IMG/VR virus record: IMGVR_UViG_3300006918_000003
Span: 1 to 51,512 of that record
DNA: 51,512 nucleotides
Strand: one strand, 5' to 3'
Source: a virus
Lineage: Duplodnaviria; Caudoviricetes
This document shows positions 7,729-15,960 of the stretch, in pieces. The notes below the pieces were generated by a model. The model searched no databases. It saw nothing but the letters and a program-made list of their open reading frames with translations, and was not told the DNA's origin. Positions within the stretch are counted from its first letter, which is position 1, and every line of letters begins with the position of its first letter. The translations under genes and the position numbers were made by a program.

Positions 7729-8434
7729 TGTTGTCAAACTAGGTACATTTAAAAATGAATATGAATTAAACGAGATTTTCCAATCAGTTGCTATTCAATT
7801 TGCCTTCGTCGATGATAAGTATGAGCAAATACATCAACCGGGAAAATGTCGTGACTTTCTTGGTGATATTCCTTGGTCACGTTATACTGGTAAAAAAGTC
7901 TCTATTTATGGGTTACAGTATGACTATTCTAAGAATCCATATAACACCGAGTTAGTCAGACTCTCATTGAAGTTTCCAAATAAGGGGACACAAGAAAACT
8001 TTATCAAGCATTTTTCTTATCTGACTGATAGGGAAAGGGCATATAATATTCCCGAATCTAAATGGTTCTATACGGATCAAGAGAATACTCTCATAGTTGA
8101 GGGAGACAAGTGCTGGCAAGGGTGTACATGGAAGATTAGCCTTTATACTTTCTATCTAAAGGTTATGTCCTACGATGACGTTGAGAATCTTCAAAGGCCT
8201 GAGTTGTCTTATAAAGAAAAGCTGACACCTGAAGCTGAATCAAAGCTCTTAGCAGACGTAACATCTGATTTTAATCCGATGGCAGAACATCTCTCAACAA
8301 ATCATAATAGTTCTGGATTTGTATCCACCCTTGATTGTTATATACATCGAAAGATGTATGCAACACAGGGTTATGATAAACACTACCCTACGGCGTGGGC
8401 TGTTGCTAAAAGGGTATTTGGAGATATGTGGTGA
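7715..8434 (+). CDS. Hypothetical protein at the end of the ligase cluster
   Basis: 239-aa ORF; ATG at 7721 is a possible start. Confidence 0.7.
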   Translation: MKMSDVVKLGTFKNEYELNEIFQSVAIQFAFVDDKYEQIHQPGKCRDFLGDIPWSRYTGKKVSIYGLQYDYSKNPYNTELVRLSLKFPNKGTQENFIKHFSYLTDRERAYNIPESKWFYTDQENTLIVEGDKCWQGCTWKISLYTFYLKVMSYDDVENLQRPELSYKEKLTPEAESKLLADVTSDFNPMAEHLSTNHNSSGFVSTLDCYIHRKMYATQGYDKHYPTAWAVAKRVFGDMW

Positions 8435-8661
8435 GATGCCTCTCTTGTAATACAGTTCTAACAGACTTTGAGGCCACTAGGAAATTTGCAGACTCTAATA
8501 CATATATGGATTTATGTGGTAGGTGCTCTGATACTAGTGATCTTTCAGGTATAGAAGTAATTGTACGTCCTGATTTGATTACAGAAGAAGCTATTGAAAT
8601 TCAGGATGATTATATTGGTGATGAAGAAGGGGATAAGTATTATGACGATTACACGGGTTGA
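8428..8661 (+). CDS. Small zinc-ribbon protein with acidic tail
   Basis: CLSC...CGRC; D/E-rich C-terminus. Confidence 0.65.
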   Translation: MVRCLSCNTVLTDFEATRKFADSNTYMDLCGRCSDTSDLSGIEVIVRPDLITEEAIEIQDDYIGDEEGDKYYDDYTG

Positions 8662-8971
8662 TGGTAAGCATGTGCATCACGATCTAATTGTTGAATGGGC
8701 TAAAGACCCCACTAAACAAGTACAAGTGATGGGGCCTTATGCAGAGACATTTCAAGATTGTCCTGATACTCCTCAATGGAATCCTAATCTATCTTATAGA
8801 TTTAAACCTAAACTTATTAAAGTAATTTATCGTGAATATCTGTATAGATACTCTGATAGCACTTATTATTTAAAAACTGTAAATTTAGGTACATCAGAGA
8901 CATCCATAAAAAACATGGTAGGGTTTGTTAAATGGATGAGTGACTGGAAGACAGTTGAAATTGAACTATGA
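8642..8971 (+). CDS. Hypothetical protein
   Basis: ATG 8642 with AGGGG RBS preferred over the track start at 8594. Confidence 0.6.
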   Translation: MTITRVDGKHVHHDLIVEWAKDPTKQVQVMGPYAETFQDCPDTPQWNPNLSYRFKPKLIKVIYREYLYRYSDSTYYLKTVNLGTSETSIKNMVGFVKWMSDWKTVEIEL

Positions 8972-9720
8972 CCTCTCATGTTGTTAAGAAAGAACGATGT
9001 CCTGAGTGTGCTAAACTAGGTAAAGATACTAAAGGAGACAATCTTGTATCATATTCTGATGGACATAGCTATTGCTTCGGGTGCGGCTTCACAGTTAATA
9101 GTGATTCCGTCAAGCTTAGTAATTTTATGGATAGTCATAAGCAACAGGCCATTGTAAAGCATCAAGTATTCTTACCAACTGACTGTACATTTGAATACCC
9201 TAATGTAGCATTGGATTGGGTCGGTCAGTATGATATACGTACAGGACTTCTTCTTCGTAATAGGGTAATGTGGTCTCCTTCTAAGGAAAGACTTATATTC
9301 CCTATTATTGGAGGAGAGGATAATTACCTTGCTTATGCAGGTAGGAACTTTAATCTTTCTGATGATAAGCCTAAGTGGGTGGCTTATGGTGATCTTAAGA
9401 ATGTCTACAATGTATTAGGAGGGACTGGATATGATCCCTTAGTGTTATGTGAAGATATTGTTAGTGCCATTAAGTTATCCACTATAACTCAATCAATGCC
9501 TATATTTGGTAGTCACATAGGTATTGAAAGGTGGAAGAGACTGTCTAAGATCATGTATAAAGGCCAACAGTGCATTATTTGGCTTGACCCTGATATGAGG
9601 GCTAAGGCAGTTAAAGAAAGTGCATTGGGAGCCTCCATAGGCTTAAATACAAGGGTTATATTTAGTGACAAAGACCCAAAGGAACATAGCTATGATGAAA
9701 TCAAAGATATACTTACTTAG
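8968..9720 (+). CDS. DNA primase (zinc-binding + TOPRIM), stand-alone
   Basis: CPEC...YSDGHSYCFGC zinc ribbon (T7 gp4-like); LCEDIVSA and WLDPD TOPRIM motifs; KDPK. Confidence 0.88.
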   Translation: MTSHVVKKERCPECAKLGKDTKGDNLVSYSDGHSYCFGCGFTVNSDSVKLSNFMDSHKQQAIVKHQVFLPTDCTFEYPNVALDWVGQYDIRTGLLLRNRVMWSPSKERLIFPIIGGEDNYLAYAGRNFNLSDDKPKWVAYGDLKNVYNVLGGTGYDPLVLCEDIVSAIKLSTITQSMPIFGSHIGIERWKRLSKIMYKGQQCIIWLDPDMRAKAVKESALGASIGLNTRVIFSDKDPKEHSYDEIKDILT

Positions 9721-9859
9721 AGAGTGGGATTGTAAGTGGATGTACCACACTATAAAAGGATTCACTTATAGTGAAGAGGTAGCTAAAGAGTGGAAGTTTC
9801 ATGATGGTCAAGAAGAATATAGAGATTATGAAGAAATAGAGGAAATAACAGTTGGATGA
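9692..9859 (+). CDS. Hypothetical protein
   Basis: ATG 9692 after AAGGA. Confidence 0.55.
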   Translation: MMKSKIYLLREWDCKWMYHTIKGFTYSEEVAKEWKFHDGQEEYRDYEEIEEITVG

Positions 9860-10190
9860 TTTTCATTCTAAATTATATTTAGAAGCTCATGTTACAATTG
9901 ATCCTATCTTTGATTCTAGACTTAAGAAAGCTAGGTACTTAGCAAAGCTATATGGATTTAAAGTAGCTGAGTTACTAATGAAAAAGAGAAAAGAAGATAC
10001 TCCTGAAAGATCAAAGTATGATACTTTTATGACTGGACATGGTACTAGTTTTGCTGATTTAAAGATTAGGACTGCGGGTTTAATTCAAGCCCTACAAAAA
10101 CATAATTTTGTTGTCCGTCGATATAAAATCGAAGATACTATCCTTGATTCAAGATCAAATGATATTTTTGGATTATTGCAAGGGAAATAA
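9852..10190 (+). CDS. Hypothetical phage protein
   Basis: GAGG RBS, TTG start; EAHVTIDP...RYKIED. Confidence 0.65.
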   Translation: MDDFHSKLYLEAHVTIDPIFDSRLKKARYLAKLYGFKVAELLMKKRKEDTPERSKYDTFMTGHGTSFADLKIRTAGLIQALQKHNFVVRRYKIEDTILDSRSNDIFGLLQGK

Positions 10191-10194
10191 TAAA

Positions 10195-10395
10195 ATGAAA
10201 TTATATGATTTTATTGAAGCACTAATTAAATTAGAACAACAAGGACATGCAGAACTAGATGTTTATTATCGTCATAGTTCTAGTGGAGATTGTGGGGGAG
10301 TGAATAGTGTGTCTATAACTGAAGAATGTGATCCAGAAACCGGGCCATTTGATACAACATCACCATACATTTCTATTTCTGTAGGTGGAAACTGA
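10195..10395 (+). CDS. Hypothetical protein
   Basis: ATG 10195 after AAGGGA preferred over the track start at 10108. Confidence 0.6.
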   Translation: MKLYDFIEALIKLEQQGHAELDVYYRHSSSGDCGGVNSVSITEECDPETGPFDTTSPYISISVGGN

Positions 10396-10397
10396 GA

Positions 10398-10793
10398 ATG
10401 AGCTATAAGCAAATATTTGTGTTTGGTTCTAACCTAGCCGGTATTCATGGGGCCGGAGCAGCAGCAACAGCATTGAAGCATCATGGTGCAATAATGGGAC
10501 AAGGGATAGGAAGACAAGGAATGTCGTATGGCATTCCCACTAAGGATGAGAATCTAGTTGTCCTTCCTCTTTATCAAATTAGGGGGTATATTGATGAGTT
10601 CATCCAATATGCTAATTCCCTTCCTCATCAACCATTCTATGTAACAAAGGTAGGATGTGGATTGGCTGGCTATCACAATTGGGAAGTGGCCCCTATGTTT
10701 AAGTATGCTCCTTCTAATTGTATGCTCCATGAGGAATGGAAACATATCATTAATCAACTGGATACTTATTCAAAAGAGTTGACAGAGGGTTAA
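10398..10793 (+). CDS. Conserved phage protein with probable macrodomain-like fold
   Basis: IFVFGSNLAGIHGAGAA, YGIPTK and VTKVGCGLAG resemble the Gly-rich phosphate-binding loops of macrodomains. Confidence 0.65.
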   Translation: MSYKQIFVFGSNLAGIHGAGAAATALKHHGAIMGQGIGRQGMSYGIPTKDENLVVLPLYQIRGYIDEFIQYANSLPHQPFYVTKVGCGLAGYHNWEVAPMFKYAPSNCMLHEEWKHIINQLDTYSKELTEG

Positions 10794-10807
10794 TAAACCT
10801 GTATAAT
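10779..10807 (+). promoter_or_regulatory. Sigma70-type promoter (perfect consensus)
   Basis: TTGACA(10779-84)-17 nt-TATAAT(10802-07). Confidence 0.9.
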
Positions 10808-10861
10808 ATTAAGACCCCGTCAGGGATGAAGTATATAATATAATTAATATTAATATGTGTA

Positions 10862-11341
10862 ATGTCCAGAAAGAAATATTTTACTGAAGAAGAAAGAAAA
10901 GAGAATAAAAGAAAAGCAAATTATCTTCGCTACCAAAATAATAAAGAAGATACTCTAGCAAAATCAGCATTATGGAAAAAGAATAATCCAGAACTATGCT
11001 TAGTAACCCGTGCTAAGAATAGCTCAAAGAAAAGAGGTATAGAATTTGATTTGAAGGTTGGAGACTTTACCATACCTAAATACTGTCCTTATATTGGGAT
11101 GGAATTGACATATACTATTGGAGAGGGAAAGAAGGACTCTAATATGTCAATTGATCGGATTAAAAATTCGGTTGGCTACATTCCAAGTAACGTACAGATT
11201 ATTTCTAATTTAGCTAATCAAATGAAGTCAAAGGCAACCGAAGAGGAATTGATTTCTTTTGCAAAAGGAGTTCTCAGGATACATGCTGGAATTGATTGTG
11301 ATAAAGTATCTTCTGAGTGTGGAGAATTACGTCAAGTATAG
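10862..11341 (+). CDS. HNH/His-Me finger homing-type endonuclease
   Basis: AKNSSKKRGIEFDL, CPYIG and SIDRIKNSVGYIPSNVQIISNLANQMK. Confidence 0.8.
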   Translation: MSRKKYFTEEERKENKRKANYLRYQNNKEDTLAKSALWKKNNPELCLVTRAKNSSKKRGIEFDLKVGDFTIPKYCPYIGMELTYTIGEGKKDSNMSIDRIKNSVGYIPSNVQIISNLANQMKSKATEEELISFAKGVLRIHAGIDCDKVSSECGELRQV

Positions 11342-12476
11342 ACACTACATAAAGATAAAAGATAATAAAGAATTAGAAAGACTATATGATATTTTAGATC
11401 ATATGATGGCTACGTATAAACGTAGTGTTTCCTTCTCAGAGTATAAACTAACTGTTCTTCAAAGTGATCCTAATCTTGATTATTGGATGGAACGGTTAGA
11501 TGAATCTGATATAGGGGAAGATGTTCTTTCTGATCTTATAAAGAAAATACAAGAGAAACAATGGTCTCATGACCTAGCCCTTATTTCTATTGATGTAACA
11601 GAAGGGCGTAAGGATATTGATTCTATCTTGGATCATGTTAATAAGATAGAACAGAAGGTGGAAGTAGATGAGACCACATTCATAACGGATGATCTAGAGG
11701 AATTATATGAATCAACCGTCGCTTCACCCGGACTCAGATGGAGACTGGAGGTTCTTAATAAATCTCTTGGATCACTTAGAAAAGGTGATTTCGGGTTTTT
11801 GTTTGCTCGGCCTGAAACCGGAAAGACTACTTTTCTTGCATCAGAGGTTAGCTATTTTGCAGGGCAAGCTAATGGCCCAATCTTGTGGTTTAACAATGAA
11901 GAACAAGGAAACAAGGTAAAGGTACGTCTTTATCAGGCTGCATTAGGTTGTGACCTTGCCACTCTTTACTCTAATCGAAAGGCTTCTCATGAGAAATATT
12001 TAGCCCTTACAAAGGGCAATATTAAACTATACGATAATGCTTCTGTCCACAAGAGACAAGTAGAGCGTATAGTTAAAGAGATGAATCCATCTCTAATTCT
12101 CTTCGATCAGATAGATAAGATTAAAGGCTTCGATAATGATAGAGAAGACCTTCGGTTAGGGGCAATTTATATATGGGCTAGAGAACTAGCAAAGACCTAT
12201 TGCCCTACTATTGGTGTCTGCCAAGCTGATGTATCTGGTGAGGGCAAGAAATGGCTCACAATGGATAATGTCGCCAATGCTAAGACAAGCAAACAAGCAG
12301 AGGCAGATTGGATTCTAGGTATTGGTGCTGTGCATGATAATGGCCTTGAACATGTAAGGTATCTCCATCTTTCTAAGAATAAATTAGCTGGTGATCCTGA
12401 TAGTGATCCCACTATGAGGCATGGAAAGATGGAAGTACAAATCCTTCCAGACATTGCACGTTATAAGGAGTTTTAA
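11283..12476 (+). CDS. DnaB-like (SF4) replicative helicase
   Basis: Walker A ARPETGKTT, NNEE, ILFDQIDK, CQA, EADWILGIG, KNK. ATG 11283 preferred over TTG 11259. Confidence 0.9.
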   Translation: MLELIVIKYLLSVENYVKYRHYIKIKDNKELERLYDILDHMMATYKRSVSFSEYKLTVLQSDPNLDYWMERLDESDIGEDVLSDLIKKIQEKQWSHDLALISIDVTEGRKDIDSILDHVNKIEQKVEVDETTFITDDLEELYESTVASPGLRWRLEVLNKSLGSLRKGDFGFLFARPETGKTTFLASEVSYFAGQANGPILWFNNEEQGNKVKVRLYQAALGCDLATLYSNRKASHEKYLALTKGNIKLYDNASVHKRQVERIVKEMNPSLILFDQIDKIKGFDNDREDLRLGAIYIWARELAKTYCPTIGVCQADVSGEGKKWLTMDNVANAKTSKQAEADWILGIGAVHDNGLEHVRYLHLSKNKLAGDPDSDPTMRHGKMEVQILPDIARYKEF

Positions 12477-12477
12477 T

Positions 12478-12645
12478 ATGAATTGTATAAATTGTAAATT
12501 CTCTGAAGAAGTAACACTTGGGGATGGATATTCATACCATGAATGTCATATAGTCTTACCTATCAGTAAGAGTAATCCAGAGGTTATCTATTTTCCTGAT
12601 ACAGATGGGTGTGATTTAGGACAACCAAAATATGTCAAAAAATAA
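12478..12645 (+). CDS. Small Cys-rich hypothetical protein
   Basis: TAAGGAG RBS; MNCINCKF...C...C. Confidence 0.6.
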   Translation: MNCINCKFSEEVTLGDGYSYHECHIVLPISKSNPEVIYFPDTDGCDLGQPKYVKK

Positions 12646-12787
12646 CTCTGAGTGTGAATTAGATTATTTATATACGATTGATTGTCCCAATATGAAAGCG
12701 GTTCAAACAGAAAGTTGGGACTATGAGATGTATAAATGTGAGGTGTGTGGAAAATATCTAACAGCCTATTATGAGGATATGAAATGA
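12632..12787 (+). CDS. 51-aa Cys-containing protein (not in ORF track)
   Basis: MSKNNSECELDYLYTIDCPNM...YKCEVCGK...; AGGA RBS; ATGA overlap with the next gene. Confidence 0.55.
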   Translation: MSKNNSECELDYLYTIDCPNMKAVQTESWDYEMYKCEVCGKYLTAYYEDMK

Positions 12788-13173
12788 ATGTGGCAATTGT
12801 AGCCCCAGCAAGGGGCTTTGTATATGACGATTTTATTAGGGCTATTAATAGTTCTGGTTTTACAATAACATCTTTCTTTATATCAGATGTAGATAAACAA
12901 TTAGTATCTTATGCTAAGAAGTTTATAGTTGACTCATTGACCCCCATTGCCCTGAAATGTCTATCGTTCTCTCCTCCCGTTGATGCGGGGGCAGAAATGA
13001 TGGGATGGCCTAATAGGAATCCACGTGAGACATTAGAATTGATGTCAAAATCAGACGCAATTATTGCCCTTTGGGATGGGGAATCAAAGAGGGTTGCATC
13101 AGTTGTTAACACAGCAAACAAGATAGGGCGTAAGATTTTTATTTATAATAAAGAGGAGAATGATGATGATTAA
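12784..13173 (+). CDS. Degenerate SLOG-family (YspA/DUF2493-like) protein
   Basis: C-terminal DAIIALWDGESK...IFIY aligns by eye with 19849-20244, but the GSR and SGxAxGxD motifs are lost. Confidence 0.6.
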   Translation: MNVAIVAPARGFVYDDFIRAINSSGFTITSFFISDVDKQLVSYAKKFIVDSLTPIALKCLSFSPPVDAGAEMMGWPNRNPRETLELMSKSDAIIALWDGESKRVASVVNTANKIGRKIFIYNKEENDDD

Positions 13174-13468
13174 ATTCATTTTGAAGTGTTTTGCTATAGG
13201 GATGGTCATTGCCTTCCTATTCATAGTAACAAGTGTACAGGCTGCTGTATATTGTTATCCTCATGGAATGAATACTGTTTGCTTCACGGATGATGGACGG
13301 TCATTTACCAATGGCGATTCTCGTCAAAGTGTGGCAAATCCTAATCTTATTATTATTCCTCCAATGATGCCTCCATATCCTTATCCTCCACGTCCTCAAA
13401 GGATAGTACCTGAGCAGGATTTTGGAGAATGCACATTAGCCCTAGGTTGTATTAAGGATAGACGATAA
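13160..13468 (+). CDS. Putative exported Pro-rich protein
   Basis: Basic-hydrophobic N-terminus ending VQA|A; PPMMPPYPYPPRP segment; Cys pairs. Confidence 0.6.
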   Translation: MMMIKFILKCFAIGMVIAFLFIVTSVQAAVYCYPHGMNTVCFTDDGRSFTNGDSRQSVANPNLIIIPPMMPPYPYPPRPQRIVPEQDFGECTLALGCIKDRR

Positions 13469-13662
13469 TGAAATTTGATTGTGGTGAAACAAGGGAAGAA
13501 AGGATACTACGGCTTTCTAATTGGCATAAAAGGTTTACTTTCTTTCCAACAAAGATAGCAAACCATGATTGCAGATGGTTAGAATGGATTGAGAGAAAGG
13601 GGGAGATTAATTCTTCTTATGATGGCCCCTATTGGGTATGGGAATATAGGGCCATTAAATGA
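13468..13662 (+). CDS. Hypothetical protein
   Basis: 64-aa Trp-rich ORF, translationally coupled. Confidence 0.6.
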   Translation: MKFDCGETREERILRLSNWHKRFTFFPTKIANHDCRWLEWIERKGEINSSYDGPYWVWEYRAIK

Positions 13663-14384
13663 GAATAAATGTATTAGATCATGGATTTGTTAAGCTTCGT
13701 AATATCTCCGGCCCTACTCGACGTAGAGACGCAGAATATGATGCTTCTGATGTTGATCCAGCAAATGTGGCTAGAAAGTCATTTAATCAGATGGATTCAG
13801 GTAGGACAGATGAAGATGAATTCAGATTAAATAACTATCTGATGAGGAATTGGCATACAACACCATTTGAGCACACCGTTGTATGGCTTGAAATGAAGTT
13901 GCCAATCTTCGTAGCAAGACAATACATTAGACACAGAACATCTTCTGTTGATGAGGTCTCTGCAAGGTATGTACAGTTGCCTTCTGAATGGTATATCCCC
14001 AAACTTGAAAATGTCTTATTTCAATCTAAAGATAAGAAACAAGGGGGAAGGGCAGTTGATCTAAATACAGAAATTGTTGCAGCAAGTCGATTTATAGATA
14101 GTCTAAATGACCAATGTCATGTGAGTTATAAACTCTATTTGGAATCCTTGGCTGATGGGATTGCAATGGAACAAGCCCGTATGCTTCTTCACTTGAACCA
14201 TTACACTCATTGGATTTGGAAGCAAGACCTTCATAATCTTATGAATCTATTAGCACGTAGGATTCATCCCCATGCTCAATATGAATCTAGGGTTTATGCT
14301 CAGGCTATCATTAATCTTCTTACACCCCATATTCCGAATCTAATGGAATTATTCCATAAATATAGGAGGTTCGACGGTGAATGA
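13659..14384 (+). CDS. thyX: FAD-dependent thymidylate synthase
   Basis: VLDHGFVKL, HTTPFEH, PIFVARQ, RHRTSSVDEVSARY (RHR-x7-S-x-R) and HAQYE. Confidence 0.95.
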   Translation: MRINVLDHGFVKLRNISGPTRRRDAEYDASDVDPANVARKSFNQMDSGRTDEDEFRLNNYLMRNWHTTPFEHTVVWLEMKLPIFVARQYIRHRTSSVDEVSARYVQLPSEWYIPKLENVLFQSKDKKQGGRAVDLNTEIVAASRFIDSLNDQCHVSYKLYLESLADGIAMEQARMLLHLNHYTHWIWKQDLHNLMNLLARRIHPHAQYESRVYAQAIINLLTPHIPNLMELFHKYRRFDGE

Positions 14385-15592
14385 AATATGCCATATTGGA
14401 TTTAGAAACAACAATCTCTAACTCAGGTAATCCATTTGACCAGACTAATAAGATTGTATGTGGAGGAATCCTACATGGAGGAGAGATAAAATCTATTATA
14501 GATTATGATCTTGGTACTAATTGGGATACCATTCGTAAATATAAAGATGTTTTAAACTCTTCTCTTGTTGTTGGATTTAATCTTAAATTTGATCTTAATT
14601 GGCTCAGACGATATGGACTTGACTACTCCAATATACGGATATGGGATTGCCAGTTAGCTAAGTTCTTAATGAGTAACCAAGAGCATAAATACCCTAGCCT
14701 TGATGAGACTCTTGAGGAGTATGGTTATCCCCCTAAACTAGATGTAGTAAAGACAGAATATTGGGAGAAGGGAATTGACACAGATCAAGTTCCACGGCCT
14801 CTATTATCTGAATATCTACATATTGATTTGATTAGAACAGAGCAGGTGTTTAAACATCAACTCCAGTTATTTAAGACACAGCAATATAAACATCTATATA
14901 GTTTATTCCGACTTCAATGTCAAGACCTATTGGCGTTAGCTGACATAGAATATAATGGTGTTTATTTTAATTCAAAAGGGGCTAGGGAAAAGGCCAATGA
15001 AATACACAAAGAACAGGAAGAGATACTTAGGGACATACGAAAGTTCTTTGATGATGTTCCTTTCTCTCTTACCAGTGATCTTCATCTATCTACTCTGCTT
15101 TATGGTGGGGTTATTCTTGAAGAAACTACAATCCCTGTGGGATTATATAAAACAGGGGCTAGGGCTGGGCAAGTAAAGTATAAGAATTCATTCATACCTT
15201 ATAAATGCCCTAGACTAGTTGACCCATTGAAGGGAACAGAAGTTAGGACAGAGGTATCCAAGAAGGAACTTAAATTAATTGATGATGGAATACTCACTGA
15301 ACCAAGGCAATATTGGTCAGTGAATGAAGATACACTTAAGCAACTAAAGGTCAAGGGAGAAGGGAAGAAGATTGTAGGTCTTATCATGAGGTACAATAAG
15401 CTTGATAAGCTACGCTCTACATACCTAGAAGGTTGGCCTAAGCTGATTGATGAAATGAATTGGGAAGAGAATATTCTGCACAGTCAATTGAATCAAACTT
15501 TTGTTGTTACGGGTAGGCTGTCCTCTTCTAAACCCAATGGACAGAATGCTGATAAATTAACTAAACTTTATTGTGAGAGTAGATATGAGTAA
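14381..15592 (+). CDS. Family A DNA polymerase, N-terminal part (3'-5' exonuclease, thumb, start of palm)
   Basis: DLETT (ExoI), GFNLKFD (ExoII), YLHID (ExoIII), TGRLSSSKPNGQN; ends just before motif A. Confidence 0.9.
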   Translation: MKYAILDLETTISNSGNPFDQTNKIVCGGILHGGEIKSIIDYDLGTNWDTIRKYKDVLNSSLVVGFNLKFDLNWLRRYGLDYSNIRIWDCQLAKFLMSNQEHKYPSLDETLEEYGYPPKLDVVKTEYWEKGIDTDQVPRPLLSEYLHIDLIRTEQVFKHQLQLFKTQQYKHLYSLFRLQCQDLLALADIEYNGVYFNSKGAREKANEIHKEQEEILRDIRKFFDDVPFSLTSDLHLSTLLYGGVILEETTIPVGLYKTGARAGQVKYKNSFIPYKCPRLVDPLKGTEVRTEVSKKELKLIDDGILTEPRQYWSVNEDTLKQLKVKGEGKKIVGLIMRYNKLDKLRSTYLEGWPKLIDEMNWEENILHSQLNQTFVVTGRLSSSKPNGQNADKLTKLYCESRYE

Positions 15593-15743
15593 ATATAGAG
15601 TCAGACAAGATGCTTGGGGTGATTGGTTAATAGAGAAAAGGGTGTACTTATTTTTTTGGAATCTTGTGCGTGACGTGGGTAAAGATGAAAATAGAGCTAT
15701 AGAGATCATAGCCCTTATGAAGAAAGAGCCTATTTATTTCTGA
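15585..15743 (+). CDS. 52-aa hypothetical protein between the polymerase halves (not in ORF track)
   Basis: MSKYRVRQDAWGDWLIEKRVYLFFW...; overlaps the polymerase-N stop codon. Confidence 0.6.
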   Translation: MSKYRVRQDAWGDWLIEKRVYLFFWNLVRDVGKDENRAIEIIALMKKEPIYF

Positions 15744-15765
15744 AGATAGCTAAGTAGGAGTATAT

Positions 15766-15960
15766 ATGGATAGTTATGATATATTCTATAAATTAGCAAA
15801 ATTTGCAGGTGTCCCTTTAGATGAGATTCCAAGTAGGGCTGAATTACATACTGAGACATGTAATTGTGATCTAAGGACTAAGTTAGTGGGGGATGGATGC
15901 CAACACTGTAATCCTGAACTAAATGAAAAATTTATAAAGGACAATGATGAGTGCCTATAA
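15766..15960 (+). CDS. Small Cys-rich hypothetical protein between the polymerase halves
   Basis: AGGAG RBS; CNC...GDGCQHCNP. Confidence 0.65.
   Translation: MDSYDIFYKLAKFAGVPLDEIPSRAELHTETCNCDLRTKLVGDGCQHCNPELNEKFIKDNDECL

Noticed and set aside
10811-10843. Small CCC-GTCA-GGG hairpin and mini-ORF MKYII as an insertion scar or RNA motif
   Set aside because: Too short to distinguish from chance.
13840-13847. CTGATGAG, a possible second hammerhead core
   Set aside because: Lies inside thyX, with no stem II/GAAA/stem III arrangement following.
15593-15950. Group I intron or intein interrupting the polymerase
   Set aside because: No recognisable intron core or intein motifs; the gap is filled by two normal ORFs, and part 2 has its own RBS.
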